DNA of 30,857 nt from a virus (lineage: Duplodnaviria; Caudoviricetes): IMG/VR virus record IMGVR_UViG_3300011334_000236, positions 1-30,857 of that record, one strand, 5' to 3'. The translations under genes and the position numbers were made by a program. Positions 14,883-23,665 of this stretch are shown one piece after another. The notes under the pieces were generated by a model. The model saw only the letters and a program-made list of their open reading frames with translations. It did no database searches and had not been told where the DNA came from. Position 1 is the stretch's first letter; each line of letters starts with the position of its first letter.

Positions 14883-15034
14883 GCGAAAACAAATTAAACT
14901 TTCTCAAATCACAAATCAGCGTGTTCAACCCAACGTGGACGAAAGAACAGATTGAAATGGAAGCAATCAGAATATACAACGAAGCAAACACAATAGACGA
15001 CGATGAAGAAGGTTGTTTGTATTGTGGATCTTAA
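14879..15034 (+). CDS. Small protein, 51 aa, ending DDDEEGCLYCGS
   Basis: Translated by hand. ATGA-coupled. Confidence 0.75.
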   Translation: MSENKLNFLKSQISVFNPTWTKEQIEMEAIRIYNEANTIDDDEEGCLYCGS

Positions 15035-15045
15035 ACAACAAAAAT

Positions 15046-15627
15046 ATGAGCATCAAAGTAAGCATACCAGCTGACTATTCAAGCATAAGCGTCAAGCAAT
15101 ACGTTGACTACCACGCAGCAAAGAACGACATTGACAAGTTGGTTAGCATTAGTAACCTACTGAAAAAACAAGCGGAACAAATTCCCTTCCAACACTTGCC
15201 GACACTACTCGGAGCGTTCGAGGACACACTCGCTAACGAATCAGCAAAATTCTTTGAAACGATTACAATCAAAGACAAAGACTTCGGGTTTATTCCCGAC
15301 CTGTATTCTATCTCAATGGGTGAGTACGCGGACATTTCTACGTGGGCTTCTGACGTTGCTGCAAACATGGTCAAGATTATGGGAACGCTTTACCGACCTA
15401 TTGACAAACGAGTAGGTCAGAAGTATACTATCGTACCACACAGCAAGGCAGCACGTGAGCAGGTGCAAGAGTACGTTGAGCAGATGACGCTTGAACAATT
15501 CAACGGTGCGCTGCTTTTTTTTTCGACTTTGCTCAACGAACTAAACAACACTTCGCTAGATTATTTGGAGAACGAAGTACAGAAGTTGACGAAGGAGATG
15601 GAACAATTGACGACAGAGAAGGGTTAA
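15046..15627 (+). CDS. Tail assembly chaperone (gpG-like)
   Basis: DFGFIPDL..ISMGEYADI and GALLFF over a T9 slippery run. ATG at 15046. Confidence 0.7.
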   Translation: MSIKVSIPADYSSISVKQYVDYHAAKNDIDKLVSISNLLKKQAEQIPFQHLPTLLGAFEDTLANESAKFFETITIKDKDFGFIPDLYSISMGEYADISTWASDVAANMVKIMGTLYRPIDKRVGQKYTIVPHSKAAREQVQEYVEQMTLEQFNGALLFFSTLLNELNNTSLDYLENEVQKLTKEMEQLTTEKG

Positions 15628-15803
15628 ATCAGGTACTCGGAAGGTACGGTTGGTATCACCTTTTTATGGAAGCATGCGGTCGTGACATAACTAAATTAGA
15701 TTTAATTACGGAAAAAAGTGCTTGGGAGATATTTACATATTTGACTTACCTAATAGACTACAATTATGTCGAACGTACAAAGCTACAACGCGCTTATAGA
15801 TAG
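15515..15803 (+). CDS. -1 frameshift extension of the tail chaperone (gpGT-like)
   Basis: T9 at 15515-15523. The -1 frame is open to TAG at 15803 (FDFAQRTKQHFARLF...RYGWYHLFMEACGRDITKLDLITEKSAWEIFTYLTYL...). Confidence 0.8.
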
Positions 15804-17676
15804 ATTCAAGGCATTTGCCTCTGGACACTTTATTCTTAAGACCTTTTCACATGGTCAGATTGATACGGCAGACTTGGAAAAGTTTACCGAATATCCATTC
15901 ATGCACGTTGTCCCTTCAAACGTTACTTACGCGAAAGGTACTAAGACGTTTAGTTTTCAGATTGTCCTTGCGGATCTTCCACGCGACAAAGACGACAAAG
16001 TTGAGTTTCAAAAGGAAGTGTTGTCCGACCTTCAAAGAATAGCAGAAGATTTGGTTGCCGAAATAACAAACCACCGCGTTTTGTTTGGTGACTTAATCAC
16101 CGTGCAAAATGTCACGTTAGAACCCTTCCTTGAAGAATTTCACAACACGTTAACAGGTTGGACAGTTAGTTTAGAACTTCTTGTTCCTTACTATTGGGAC
16201 GCGTGCAGCATACCAGCTGAATGGAATACATATTTTGAAGGTGGTTCAAGTGGCGGAGAAAGTAACATCTTCAACTTCGCAATGTCTATTCAAGACACAA
16301 ACGGACAGGTTACGCTTGTCAACGATGAGGAAACACCAGCAGCAAACCACTACTACGGAACGAACGCGGAAGGGGTGCGTGGTTGGTACTTGACAACGGA
16401 CAACATCGGGTTGACGTGCGAAACGATAGGAGATTGTCAAACCATTATTGACATCGAAGCGGCTATTGATTTGCTTCAACAAGATGTAATTGACTTGAAT
16501 GCAGATGTTGCATTAAAAGCAAATACTGCCGACATAAGCGCGGTAGGTTTCTCAAATGATTATAACGACCTCGACAACAAGCCAACTATTCCTGCTGCTC
16601 AAGTTAATTCAGATTGGAACGCAACGAGCGGAGTGGCTGAGATATTAAACAAACCGACCATTCCAACAGCAACAAGCGACCTAACGAATGACGGAGAGGA
16701 CGGTGTCAATCCGTTTATAACCGCGCAAGACTTGCCTTCGTTGACAGGTTACGTTCCATACACAGGAGCAACGCAAAATGTTGACTTGGGAACGCACAAC
16801 CTAACCGCTGACCACATAGCGTTAAACGTTAGTCCTTCGGGAGCAGGTTATGTAGTTGGTGCAACGCAATGGAACAACACGATTGGTAGTTCTGAAACGC
16901 TGTTAAAAGGCGGTACTGTTTCTTTGAAAAATGGTGTTGACCTTGTTGCAAGAGTAGTAAACAAAGTAACTCCAAACACAACGCTTACGAAGGCGGCTTA
17001 CCAAGCAGTACGCGTAAGCGGAGCGCAAGGGCAAAGGTTAGCGGTAGCGTTAGCACAAGCCAACAACGATAACAACTCAGCCGACACAATAGGTATCGTT
17101 TGCGAAACGATAGCAACGAATCAAGAAGGCTTCATTCAAACGGTAGGACAACTTGAGGACATCAATACAACGGGTTCACTTCAAGGTGAAACGTGGGTTG
17201 ACGGTGACGTTTTGTACCTTTCTCCGACAACGGCAGGAAGGTTGACTAACATTAAGCCAACAGGCGCAACAGGACACATCGTTGTGATAGGTTACGTTGA
17301 ATACGCTCACGCGAATAACGGTAAAATCTATGTTAAGATAATGAACGGTTGGGAGTTGGACGAACTACACAATGTGAGCATCACAACACCTGCAAACAAC
17401 GACATTTTACAATACCAATCTTCCACGTCATTGTGGAAAAATAACCCTGTTACATATATGTGGACAGTAGACTTTTTGGACTATCAATCCGCTATCTTTA
17501 TAGCACCATACGCGTGTAGTATCAATAGCGTTGCAAACGTGCAGAACTCACCGACAATAACAATAACAAAGAACGGAAGCGCATATACTTTAGGTACTTC
17601 AATCGCGTTAGGTGACGATCTTGTAATAACGGCAAATATTGCGTCAGTAGTTAACTTAAACATATCTCAATTATGA
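15766..17676 (+). CDS. Tail terminator-like N-domain fused to fibre-type domains
   Basis: First ~150 aa (YPFMHV, LEPF.E.FHNTLTGW) resemble tail-completion proteins. Then fibre motifs DYNDLDNKPTIP, QVNSDWNATSG, NGWELDELHNV. Confidence 0.6.
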   Translation: MSNVQSYNALIDRFKAFASGHFILKTFSHGQIDTADLEKFTEYPFMHVVPSNVTYAKGTKTFSFQIVLADLPRDKDDKVEFQKEVLSDLQRIAEDLVAEITNHRVLFGDLITVQNVTLEPFLEEFHNTLTGWTVSLELLVPYYWDACSIPAEWNTYFEGGSSGGESNIFNFAMSIQDTNGQVTLVNDEETPAANHYYGTNAEGVRGWYLTTDNIGLTCETIGDCQTIIDIEAAIDLLQQDVIDLNADVALKANTADISAVGFSNDYNDLDNKPTIPAAQVNSDWNATSGVAEILNKPTIPTATSDLTNDGEDGVNPFITAQDLPSLTGYVPYTGATQNVDLGTHNLTADHIALNVSPSGAGYVVGATQWNNTIGSSETLLKGGTVSLKNGVDLVARVVNKVTPNTTLTKAAYQAVRVSGAQGQRLAVALAQANNDNNSADTIGIVCETIATNQEGFIQTVGQLEDINTTGSLQGETWVDGDVLYLSPTTAGRLTNIKPTGATGHIVVIGYVEYAHANNGKIYVKIMNGWELDELHNVSITTPANNDILQYQSSTSLWKNNPVTYMWTVDFLDYQSAIFIAPYACSINSVANVQNSPTITITKNGSAYTLGTSIALGDDLVITANIASVVNLNISQL

Positions 17677-18506
17677 TAAACAACCTATACATAAAGGCAA
17701 CACCTACAACCGCTGCGGTAACGTGGGGAAGCATAACAGGAACGCTCTCCGCACAAACCGATTTGCAAAGTGCTTTGAACGCTAAACAAGCAACGCTTGT
17801 TAGTGGTACTAACATTAAGACTATCAATAGCACTTCGCTTTTAGGTAGTGGTAATGTTGCAGTTCAACCAACGCTTGTAAGTGGAACTAACATCGTAACT
17901 ATCAACTCTACATCTTTATTAGGTAGTGGAAATATAGCTGTTCAACCAACACTCGTTAGCGGCACTAACATTAAGACTATTAACGGCAACTCGTTGCTGG
18001 GTAGTGGGGATTTAGTAGTAGGAGGAGGTGGAAGCAGTAATCCCTCAACAGTTTATATAAATACAACAGGTGGTGCAACTGTTGGTACTCCATTGACTCA
18101 AACAATTAGTTTGTCAGTTTTAATACCTGCAAACACATTAACAAGTAATTCTATGTTACAAGTTATTTATAAAGTAAAAAGAATTACAGGTGCTGCAAGT
18201 GGTATTACTGGTTCTGCTTTTCTAAACACATCAAATAGTTTATCAGGAGCAATTATAGTAGCAGCTTGTCCCTCAATAGGCACGACTCAAACTTATACAA
18301 CTCTTACACGAAATTTTCATTTAACAGGTGGTAATTTATGTTACTTATCGACTACAGGAGCTCAACTTACAGATTTTGTTACAGATCAAATGATGACAAC
18401 ACCATTCGATATAACTATTGATAATTATTTGTTGTTTTGTATAAGAACAGTGGGTGGAGGTGATACCGCAAGAACTGAAGCAGCTTTATTAACAAAATAC
18501 TTTTAA
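17673..18506 (+). CDS. Tail fibre / receptor-binding protein
   Basis: WGSITGTLSAQTDLQSAL, three 26-aa repeats, G/T/S-rich beta C-domain. Confidence 0.75.
   Translation: MINNLYIKATPTTAAVTWGSITGTLSAQTDLQSALNAKQATLVSGTNIKTINSTSLLGSGNVAVQPTLVSGTNIVTINSTSLLGSGNIAVQPTLVSGTNIKTINGNSLLGSGDLVVGGGGSSNPSTVYINTTGGATVGTPLTQTISLSVLIPANTLTSNSMLQVIYKVKRITGAASGITGSAFLNTSNSLSGAIIVAACPSIGTTQTYTTLTRNFHLTGGNLCYLSTTGAQLTDFVTDQMMTTPFDITIDNYLLFCIRTVGGGDTARTEAALLTKYF
17787..18020 (+). repeat. Three 78-bp tandem coding repeats (Q.TLVSGTNI.TIN..SLLGSG...V)
   Basis: Units start at 17787, 17865 and 17943. Confidence 0.9.
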
Positions 18507-18507
18507 A

Positions 18508-18807
18508 ATGAATATACTAATTAAACCAAACAATATTATTTTCTTCAAAGAAAATAATTATATTTTAAGTTCAGTTGAAATCTTAAATAGCACACAAATA
18601 TTGGCATACACTGACAAAGGTAATGTGTTATTAGATTTGTCTTGTACAATTCAAGATGTATCATTTACCGATATTAATAATTTTATTAGTGCGTTAGGAA
18701 TTGTTGAAATAATTCAAGAACCAACGCAAGAAGAAATAATTGCGCAAAAAGAAGCGCAACTTCTTGAAATGTTTGAGGAATTGAAGCGACTGAAAGGCGA
18801 TGCCTAA
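18508..18807 (+). CDS. Hypothetical protein (possible fibre chaperone)
   Basis: 99 aa, AT-rich, immediately after the fibre gene. Confidence 0.6.
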   Translation: MNILIKPNNIIFFKENNYILSSVEILNSTQILAYTDKGNVLLDLSCTIQDVSFTDINNFISALGIVEIIQEPTQEEIIAQKEAQLLEMFEELKRLKGDA

Positions 18808-19339
18808 CGAACAGAGCGCACCCAACTTCTTCGCTGTGGTCAATGACATGGCGAAACGCTTTGTTGAGTTGATGCAGTCCGACTACCGATTGAAGCGGAA
18901 GGTGGGACGCAACTACACGAACGCGGTGTCAAGTGGTACGCTCGTAAAGTCGTTAGCTTATAGGTTGAAGATAAAAGGAAAGTCAATAGACATTTCAATC
19001 TACGCAAAGGGCAAAGCGTCGCAATACTTTCTTACACGTGAGAATGGACGCAGAGCAGGAGCGACACCGCCACCAGTAAGCGCAATTCTTGATTGGATGC
19101 GATTGAAGCCTATCAAGTTACGCGACAAGGAAAGCGGTAAGTTTAAGAAGCCAACGGAAGCACTCAAAAGACAAGTGGCTTTTTTAATTGCTCGTAAAAT
19201 AGGCAAGGAAGGAATAAAAGGGTGGCACGCGTTCGACTACGCTATGGAAAACATTTGGGACGAATACGAAGCGAAGGTGGTCGAAGCATACGGAAAAGAC
19301 TTCAACGCAGTTTTAGAAAACCAACTAAAAGACATTTAA
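18800..19339 (+). CDS. Neck/tail-completion protein (HK97 gp10-like)
   Basis: SSGTLVKSL, ENGRRAG..PP..AILDW, AFLIARKI..EGIK. Confidence 0.65.
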   Translation: MPNEQSAPNFFAVVNDMAKRFVELMQSDYRLKRKVGRNYTNAVSSGTLVKSLAYRLKIKGKSIDISIYAKGKASQYFLTRENGRRAGATPPPVSAILDWMRLKPIKLRDKESGKFKKPTEALKRQVAFLIARKIGKEGIKGWHAFDYAMENIWDEYEAKVVEAYGKDFNAVLENQLKDI

Positions 19340-19344
19340 TAAAT

Positions 19345-20580
19345 ATGGCAATTACAATAGACGACCAACCTTACCAATACACACCTATCGGTCAACGGCT
19401 GATGATCGTGTGCAGTTCAACCAACGTGACAAACGCAGGCTTTCGTTTCGTGTTTGACTTCGGTGCTTTCCAAGTCAACGTACAACCCAACGCTTCGAAC
19501 AAAGGAATACTTGACCTTGCACCGATATTTAGAGAGCAGTTGAAGCACGAGGCAGGCGCAGCAAACGAAGGCATTAACGACGAATATAAAAGTGTTGCGA
19601 ATATTAGTTGCACGATAAAAGAAGGTTGGTTGATTGACGGAGTATTCACGGTAAGCGGTAGCGGAATGGCTGACATTGACGATGTGTACGCTTTCCTCGC
19701 TGAATACCAAGTAAGCGACGGTTACAAACCTAATCCAAACACACGATACGGAACAAATAGCATAGGCAAATACTTGTTAAGTGAGCGTACGACTGACACG
19801 CACAAATGGAGCGAAGCACCTGCACGCGGATTGTCTAACGACTGGGTGTACATACCAACACGATTAGCTGACTTTGGACAGTTGTATTCATTAAACAACA
19901 ACGGACTTTTAGTTGACAACGACGCGACTGATTTATTTGTGTCTACTTACGACAACAGCAACACTTTGATTGAAGCGACAAACTACACTTTGTTCACCGA
20001 CTTAAACGGTGTTTCTCGTTTGGGTGCATATCCACAAAACTTAATCATTGACGGAGCAGACTTTACAAATGTCAAATACTACACGATACAAGCAGGAGCA
20101 TCTATTGCACCGCCCATTTACACACCTTCCTCACGCGTGTATTGTTTTTACCTTGTCGCTGACGATTGCCGTTTTGACAATGTGCGTTTGGGTTGGACAA
20201 ATACTTGCGGCGGTGTGGATTACTTCAACTTTACGAAGAAGTCGGAACTATCCTACAACTACGACAGAAAGCAATACCAAAAAGTAGTTGGTCAATACAA
20301 CACCGCAGCATTCTCATTTAACACATGGGACAGAGGAACAACCGACCGCTATGTGAACACGACCAAAGGATTACAAATAAATAGCGACTGGATAAGCGTT
20401 GGAGAATTTGAACTATTGCAAACGCTTTGTCGTTCTAACGACGTGTTCATAATTGGTGACGATACAACAATGACACCTGTTCTTGTGGACACACAGAACT
20501 TTGTTATCAAGGACGAAAGATATTCAAAACTTTACAACGTTACTTTGAACCTTAAATACTCACAACCTGTTGGCTTATGA
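19345..20580 (+). CDS. Distal tail / baseplate-type protein
   Basis: W.N..GG.DYFNF and INSDWI...E..LLQ.L..S motifs, precedes the hub. ATG at 19345. Confidence 0.6.
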   Translation: MAITIDDQPYQYTPIGQRLMIVCSSTNVTNAGFRFVFDFGAFQVNVQPNASNKGILDLAPIFREQLKHEAGAANEGINDEYKSVANISCTIKEGWLIDGVFTVSGSGMADIDDVYAFLAEYQVSDGYKPNPNTRYGTNSIGKYLLSERTTDTHKWSEAPARGLSNDWVYIPTRLADFGQLYSLNNNGLLVDNDATDLFVSTYDNSNTLIEATNYTLFTDLNGVSRLGAYPQNLIIDGADFTNVKYYTIQAGASIAPPIYTPSSRVYCFYLVADDCRFDNVRLGWTNTCGGVDYFNFTKKSELSYNYDRKQYQKVVGQYNTAAFSFNTWDRGTTDRYVNTTKGLQINSDWISVGEFELLQTLCRSNDVFIIGDDTTMTPVLVDTQNFVIKDERYSKLYNVTLNLKYSQPVGL

Positions 20581-23462
20581 TGAACGAAGTAATACTAACG
20601 TTAACCGATAGCAACGGCAACGCGTCAACGATTGACCTCTACGAAAATGAGAAGATGCACCTCAACTACAAGTTCACGGATCTCACGAACTTTAGTTCTG
20701 TCGGTAGCTACTCTCAGGAGTTTCGCATACCAGCAAGCGCAACGAATGTAGATTTCTTCGGTGCTATTTTCAACGTTAACTTCAACGGTTGGTTTGACTT
20801 CCGAAAGAAGGTGACGGCAAACTTAACGGTTAACACTATCCCAATAGCAAGTGGTCACATTCAGGTGAAGAAACTTTATTGGCAGAGTGGAAAGTTGTTC
20901 GAGTTTGAGGTTGTTTTCTTTGGTGAAGTTCCGAATCTTTCACGCTTACTAAACGAAAAGAAACTTCGAGATATTGAAAGTATCGTTGCAGGTGACTTGG
21001 ATTACGACTTGCTTCACGCTAACGTTGAGACACCACCTAACGACAATACTATTTTAACGCTTTGCGATAAGTGGAACTTAACAGCAACAAACATAGAGGG
21101 ACAAGTAATTTATTCTTCTGATATTCCTCATTCGCTTAAAGTAGGACACTTGACACCTGCGGTTAAGGCTTACTATTTGTTTGACCAGATACTTAAAGAC
21201 GCAGGTATTCAATGGGCAAGTGCGAACTTATTTGATATGCTCGACAACGTGTATGTTCCATTTGTCAATGGTCAGTATCTTGACGGAGAAAACGGAATGA
21301 ATAATATAACGTCAAACGTAGGTCTTGCGGCTAACGTAAACAACGTGCCTTCAACAGCTTCAAACAATACAATTTCACTTTACACATATTTTACTGAATA
21401 CGAAGATCAAGGTAATAATTGGAGCGGTGGAATTTATACTGTTCCGTATTCAGCACAATATACATTTCGCGTTTGGATAAACGGACAAGCAACACGCAAC
21501 AACACAAATACCGACCTTTCAAATACTATTCTAACGGTTTTATTTGAAGTTAACGGAAGCGGTTTAATAGAATTAGAACAAATAAATTTTATTTCACAAA
21601 CAGGAACACCAACAAGCACAAATATAACAGCCGATTTTCTAAATACACTAACACTTCAAGAAGGAGATGTATTGCGTATTAAATGCGCGTTGAGTACAAC
21701 TGCTGTTGGAATAGGTGCAGAACCTTCTATTGATATTGATTTTTACGGAAACGCAAACATTGATTATACAGGAACAGGTCTTGAACTTGTAAGCGTATCA
21801 ACGCAGTTATACGGAAACCAACCTGTTTACATGAGCTTCAACGCTCCAGACATGAAGCAAATAGATTTTATCACGTCTATTCAAAAGATGTTTAACCTTG
21901 CCTTTGTTCCCGACCGTACGCTTCCAAACACATTACGCATTGAACCATTAGTTGAATACATCGGAAGCGGAAATACTTTGGATTGGACTGAGAAACTTGA
22001 CCTTTCAAAAGACATAACGTACTACCCGACAACAGACCTTCAAAAAGCAAAGTTCACGTTCACATACACCGAAGATTCAGACTATTACAATAACGTCTAC
22101 AAAGACAACGGACACATCTTCGGAAGCTACGAAGTAACGGAGAACGATTTTGAAGTGATTAACGAGTTCGCAACTGGCGAGGAAAAGGTTGAGTTAGCAT
22201 TTGCACCAACACCTTCACGCGCAGTTGAAAATACCGATGTTGTCGTTCCTCGTTTTATCAATGGCGAAGGACAATTCGTGCAACCAAAACCACGCATACT
22301 TTACTACTTCGCAGACTTCTTTGTTAATATGTACGACGAAGTTTCCGATAGCGTAATTGTAACGGCTGTTAAATGTTTGAATAACTATTCGACAATGAAC
22401 GCAAGCGTAGGGGATTCAGACCTAAACTTTGCGCCCGAAGTACCGCTTCACACAATCATTGCACCGCCATACAACAACCTTTACAATCGTTGGTGGAGAA
22501 ACTACTACCGTGAACTTTACGATGGACAGGCGCGCATCTTAGAGGGTATGTTCGCACTAACGCTAAACGACATATTCACCTTTCAATGGTCAGACAAAAT
22601 ATGGATAGTTGATTCTTGGTGGCGCGTGTTGGACATTGAAGGTTACGTCGTAGGTGAGCAGGATATGACGAAGGTCAAGTTAATTCGTATTTTGGACATA
22701 GACAACGACTGCGACATCTTACCAATCACCGCCAACCTTGACCAAACAATAAATTGGGAAACACCGAACGGAGATCCTGCGGTAGTCACCGAAGACTGTT
22801 GTCGTCGCTTTGGCTACTATTGGAACTCTGCGAAGAACAATTGTTTCTCAGTACCAAACATTGGTACACGTTCATTCATTACATCGGAAGCACCAACGTT
22901 AGCACCAACACGCTTCGGTGCGCCTGTTAACTTCGGAGCGTCGGTATCACAACCAGTAAGGTCAATAAGTACCGATTATGTAGTGACTAATTTCGATAGA
23001 ACAATTTTACTTACTGACTTAGCCGCAGATATTGACGTTTACCTTCCGTCAGCACAGGCAACGAGAGGGACAATAATCAGCATAAAGTTAGCGAGTGACG
23101 ATTATGGCGCAACGCTTCACGCATACACAGGACAAAAGATTGAAAGCGCAATAACGTACACAATAAAAACAAGCGGTAGTGTAGTGACTTTGGTTAGCGA
23201 CGGCAGCAACTGGAAGATTGATAGCGAAAACGACAACACAATAACGTGGACTATTGACTTTATGAGCAGTTTAACGGCTACCGTTTTCGCTCCTTACGAC
23301 TTAATCATTAACAAGATTGACAACGTCAAGAACAGTCCTGTTGTAACCATTACAGACGACGGCAGTCCTTATACTTTGGGAACTAACATAGCGGTTGGAA
23401 GCGCTATTGCTTTCACCGCAAACACCGCATCTGTTGTTAATGCAATAATTGAAAGAGCATGA
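20577..23462 (+). CDS. Tail tip/hub protein
   Basis: IDLYENE, SYSQEFRIPA, PDMKQIDFITSIQKMFNL, DWTEKLD. 961 aa. Confidence 0.7.
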   Translation: MMNEVILTLTDSNGNASTIDLYENEKMHLNYKFTDLTNFSSVGSYSQEFRIPASATNVDFFGAIFNVNFNGWFDFRKKVTANLTVNTIPIASGHIQVKKLYWQSGKLFEFEVVFFGEVPNLSRLLNEKKLRDIESIVAGDLDYDLLHANVETPPNDNTILTLCDKWNLTATNIEGQVIYSSDIPHSLKVGHLTPAVKAYYLFDQILKDAGIQWASANLFDMLDNVYVPFVNGQYLDGENGMNNITSNVGLAANVNNVPSTASNNTISLYTYFTEYEDQGNNWSGGIYTVPYSAQYTFRVWINGQATRNNTNTDLSNTILTVLFEVNGSGLIELEQINFISQTGTPTSTNITADFLNTLTLQEGDVLRIKCALSTTAVGIGAEPSIDIDFYGNANIDYTGTGLELVSVSTQLYGNQPVYMSFNAPDMKQIDFITSIQKMFNLAFVPDRTLPNTLRIEPLVEYIGSGNTLDWTEKLDLSKDITYYPTTDLQKAKFTFTYTEDSDYYNNVYKDNGHIFGSYEVTENDFEVINEFATGEEKVELAFAPTPSRAVENTDVVVPRFINGEGQFVQPKPRILYYFADFFVNMYDEVSDSVIVTAVKCLNNYSTMNASVGDSDLNFAPEVPLHTIIAPPYNNLYNRWWRNYYRELYDGQARILEGMFALTLNDIFTFQWSDKIWIVDSWWRVLDIEGYVVGEQDMTKVKLIRILDIDNDCDILPITANLDQTINWETPNGDPAVVTEDCCRRFGYYWNSAKNNCFSVPNIGTRSFITSEAPTLAPTRFGAPVNFGASVSQPVRSISTDYVVTNFDRTILLTDLAADIDVYLPSAQATRGTIISIKLASDDYGATLHAYTGQKIESAITYTIKTSGSVVTLVSDGSNWKIDSENDNTITWTIDFMSSLTATVFAPYDLIINKIDNVKNSPVVTITDDGSPYTLGTNIAVGSAIAFTANTASVVNAIIERA

Positions 23463-23665
23463 TAAATAATTTTCAAAATAAAGCGCACTCAATGGTCGCT
23501 TGTTTAGAGTTCATTAAGTTGAATATCAAGACGAAAGGTAAGAGTGGAATAATGGCTAACGGCAAACGTAAGTTGGAAATGTGGAAGCACTACGCTTGGA
23601 AAGTTACTCGTATTTCGTTAAACGTAGCGTTTTGGATATTTATACTTTATAAACTACTCTCGTAA
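23459..23665 (+). CDS. Small protein with C-terminal TM
   Basis: 68 aa, coupled on both sides, just before the tape measure. Confidence 0.65.
   Translation: MINNFQNKAHSMVACLEFIKLNIKTKGKSGIMANGKRKLEMWKHYAWKVTRISLNVAFWIFILYKLLS

Noticed and set aside
17787-18020. CRISPR array or DGR repeats
   Set aside because: In-frame coding repeats without spacers. No reverse transcriptase, and differences are not adenine-specific. The same applies to the duplicated 71-aa module.
19222-19344. Long N-terminal extensions in the ORF track (also at 1656, 5542, 9994, 14499, 15013)
   Set aside because: They overlap upstream genes or promoters. Downstream ATGs with A-rich leaders fit better.
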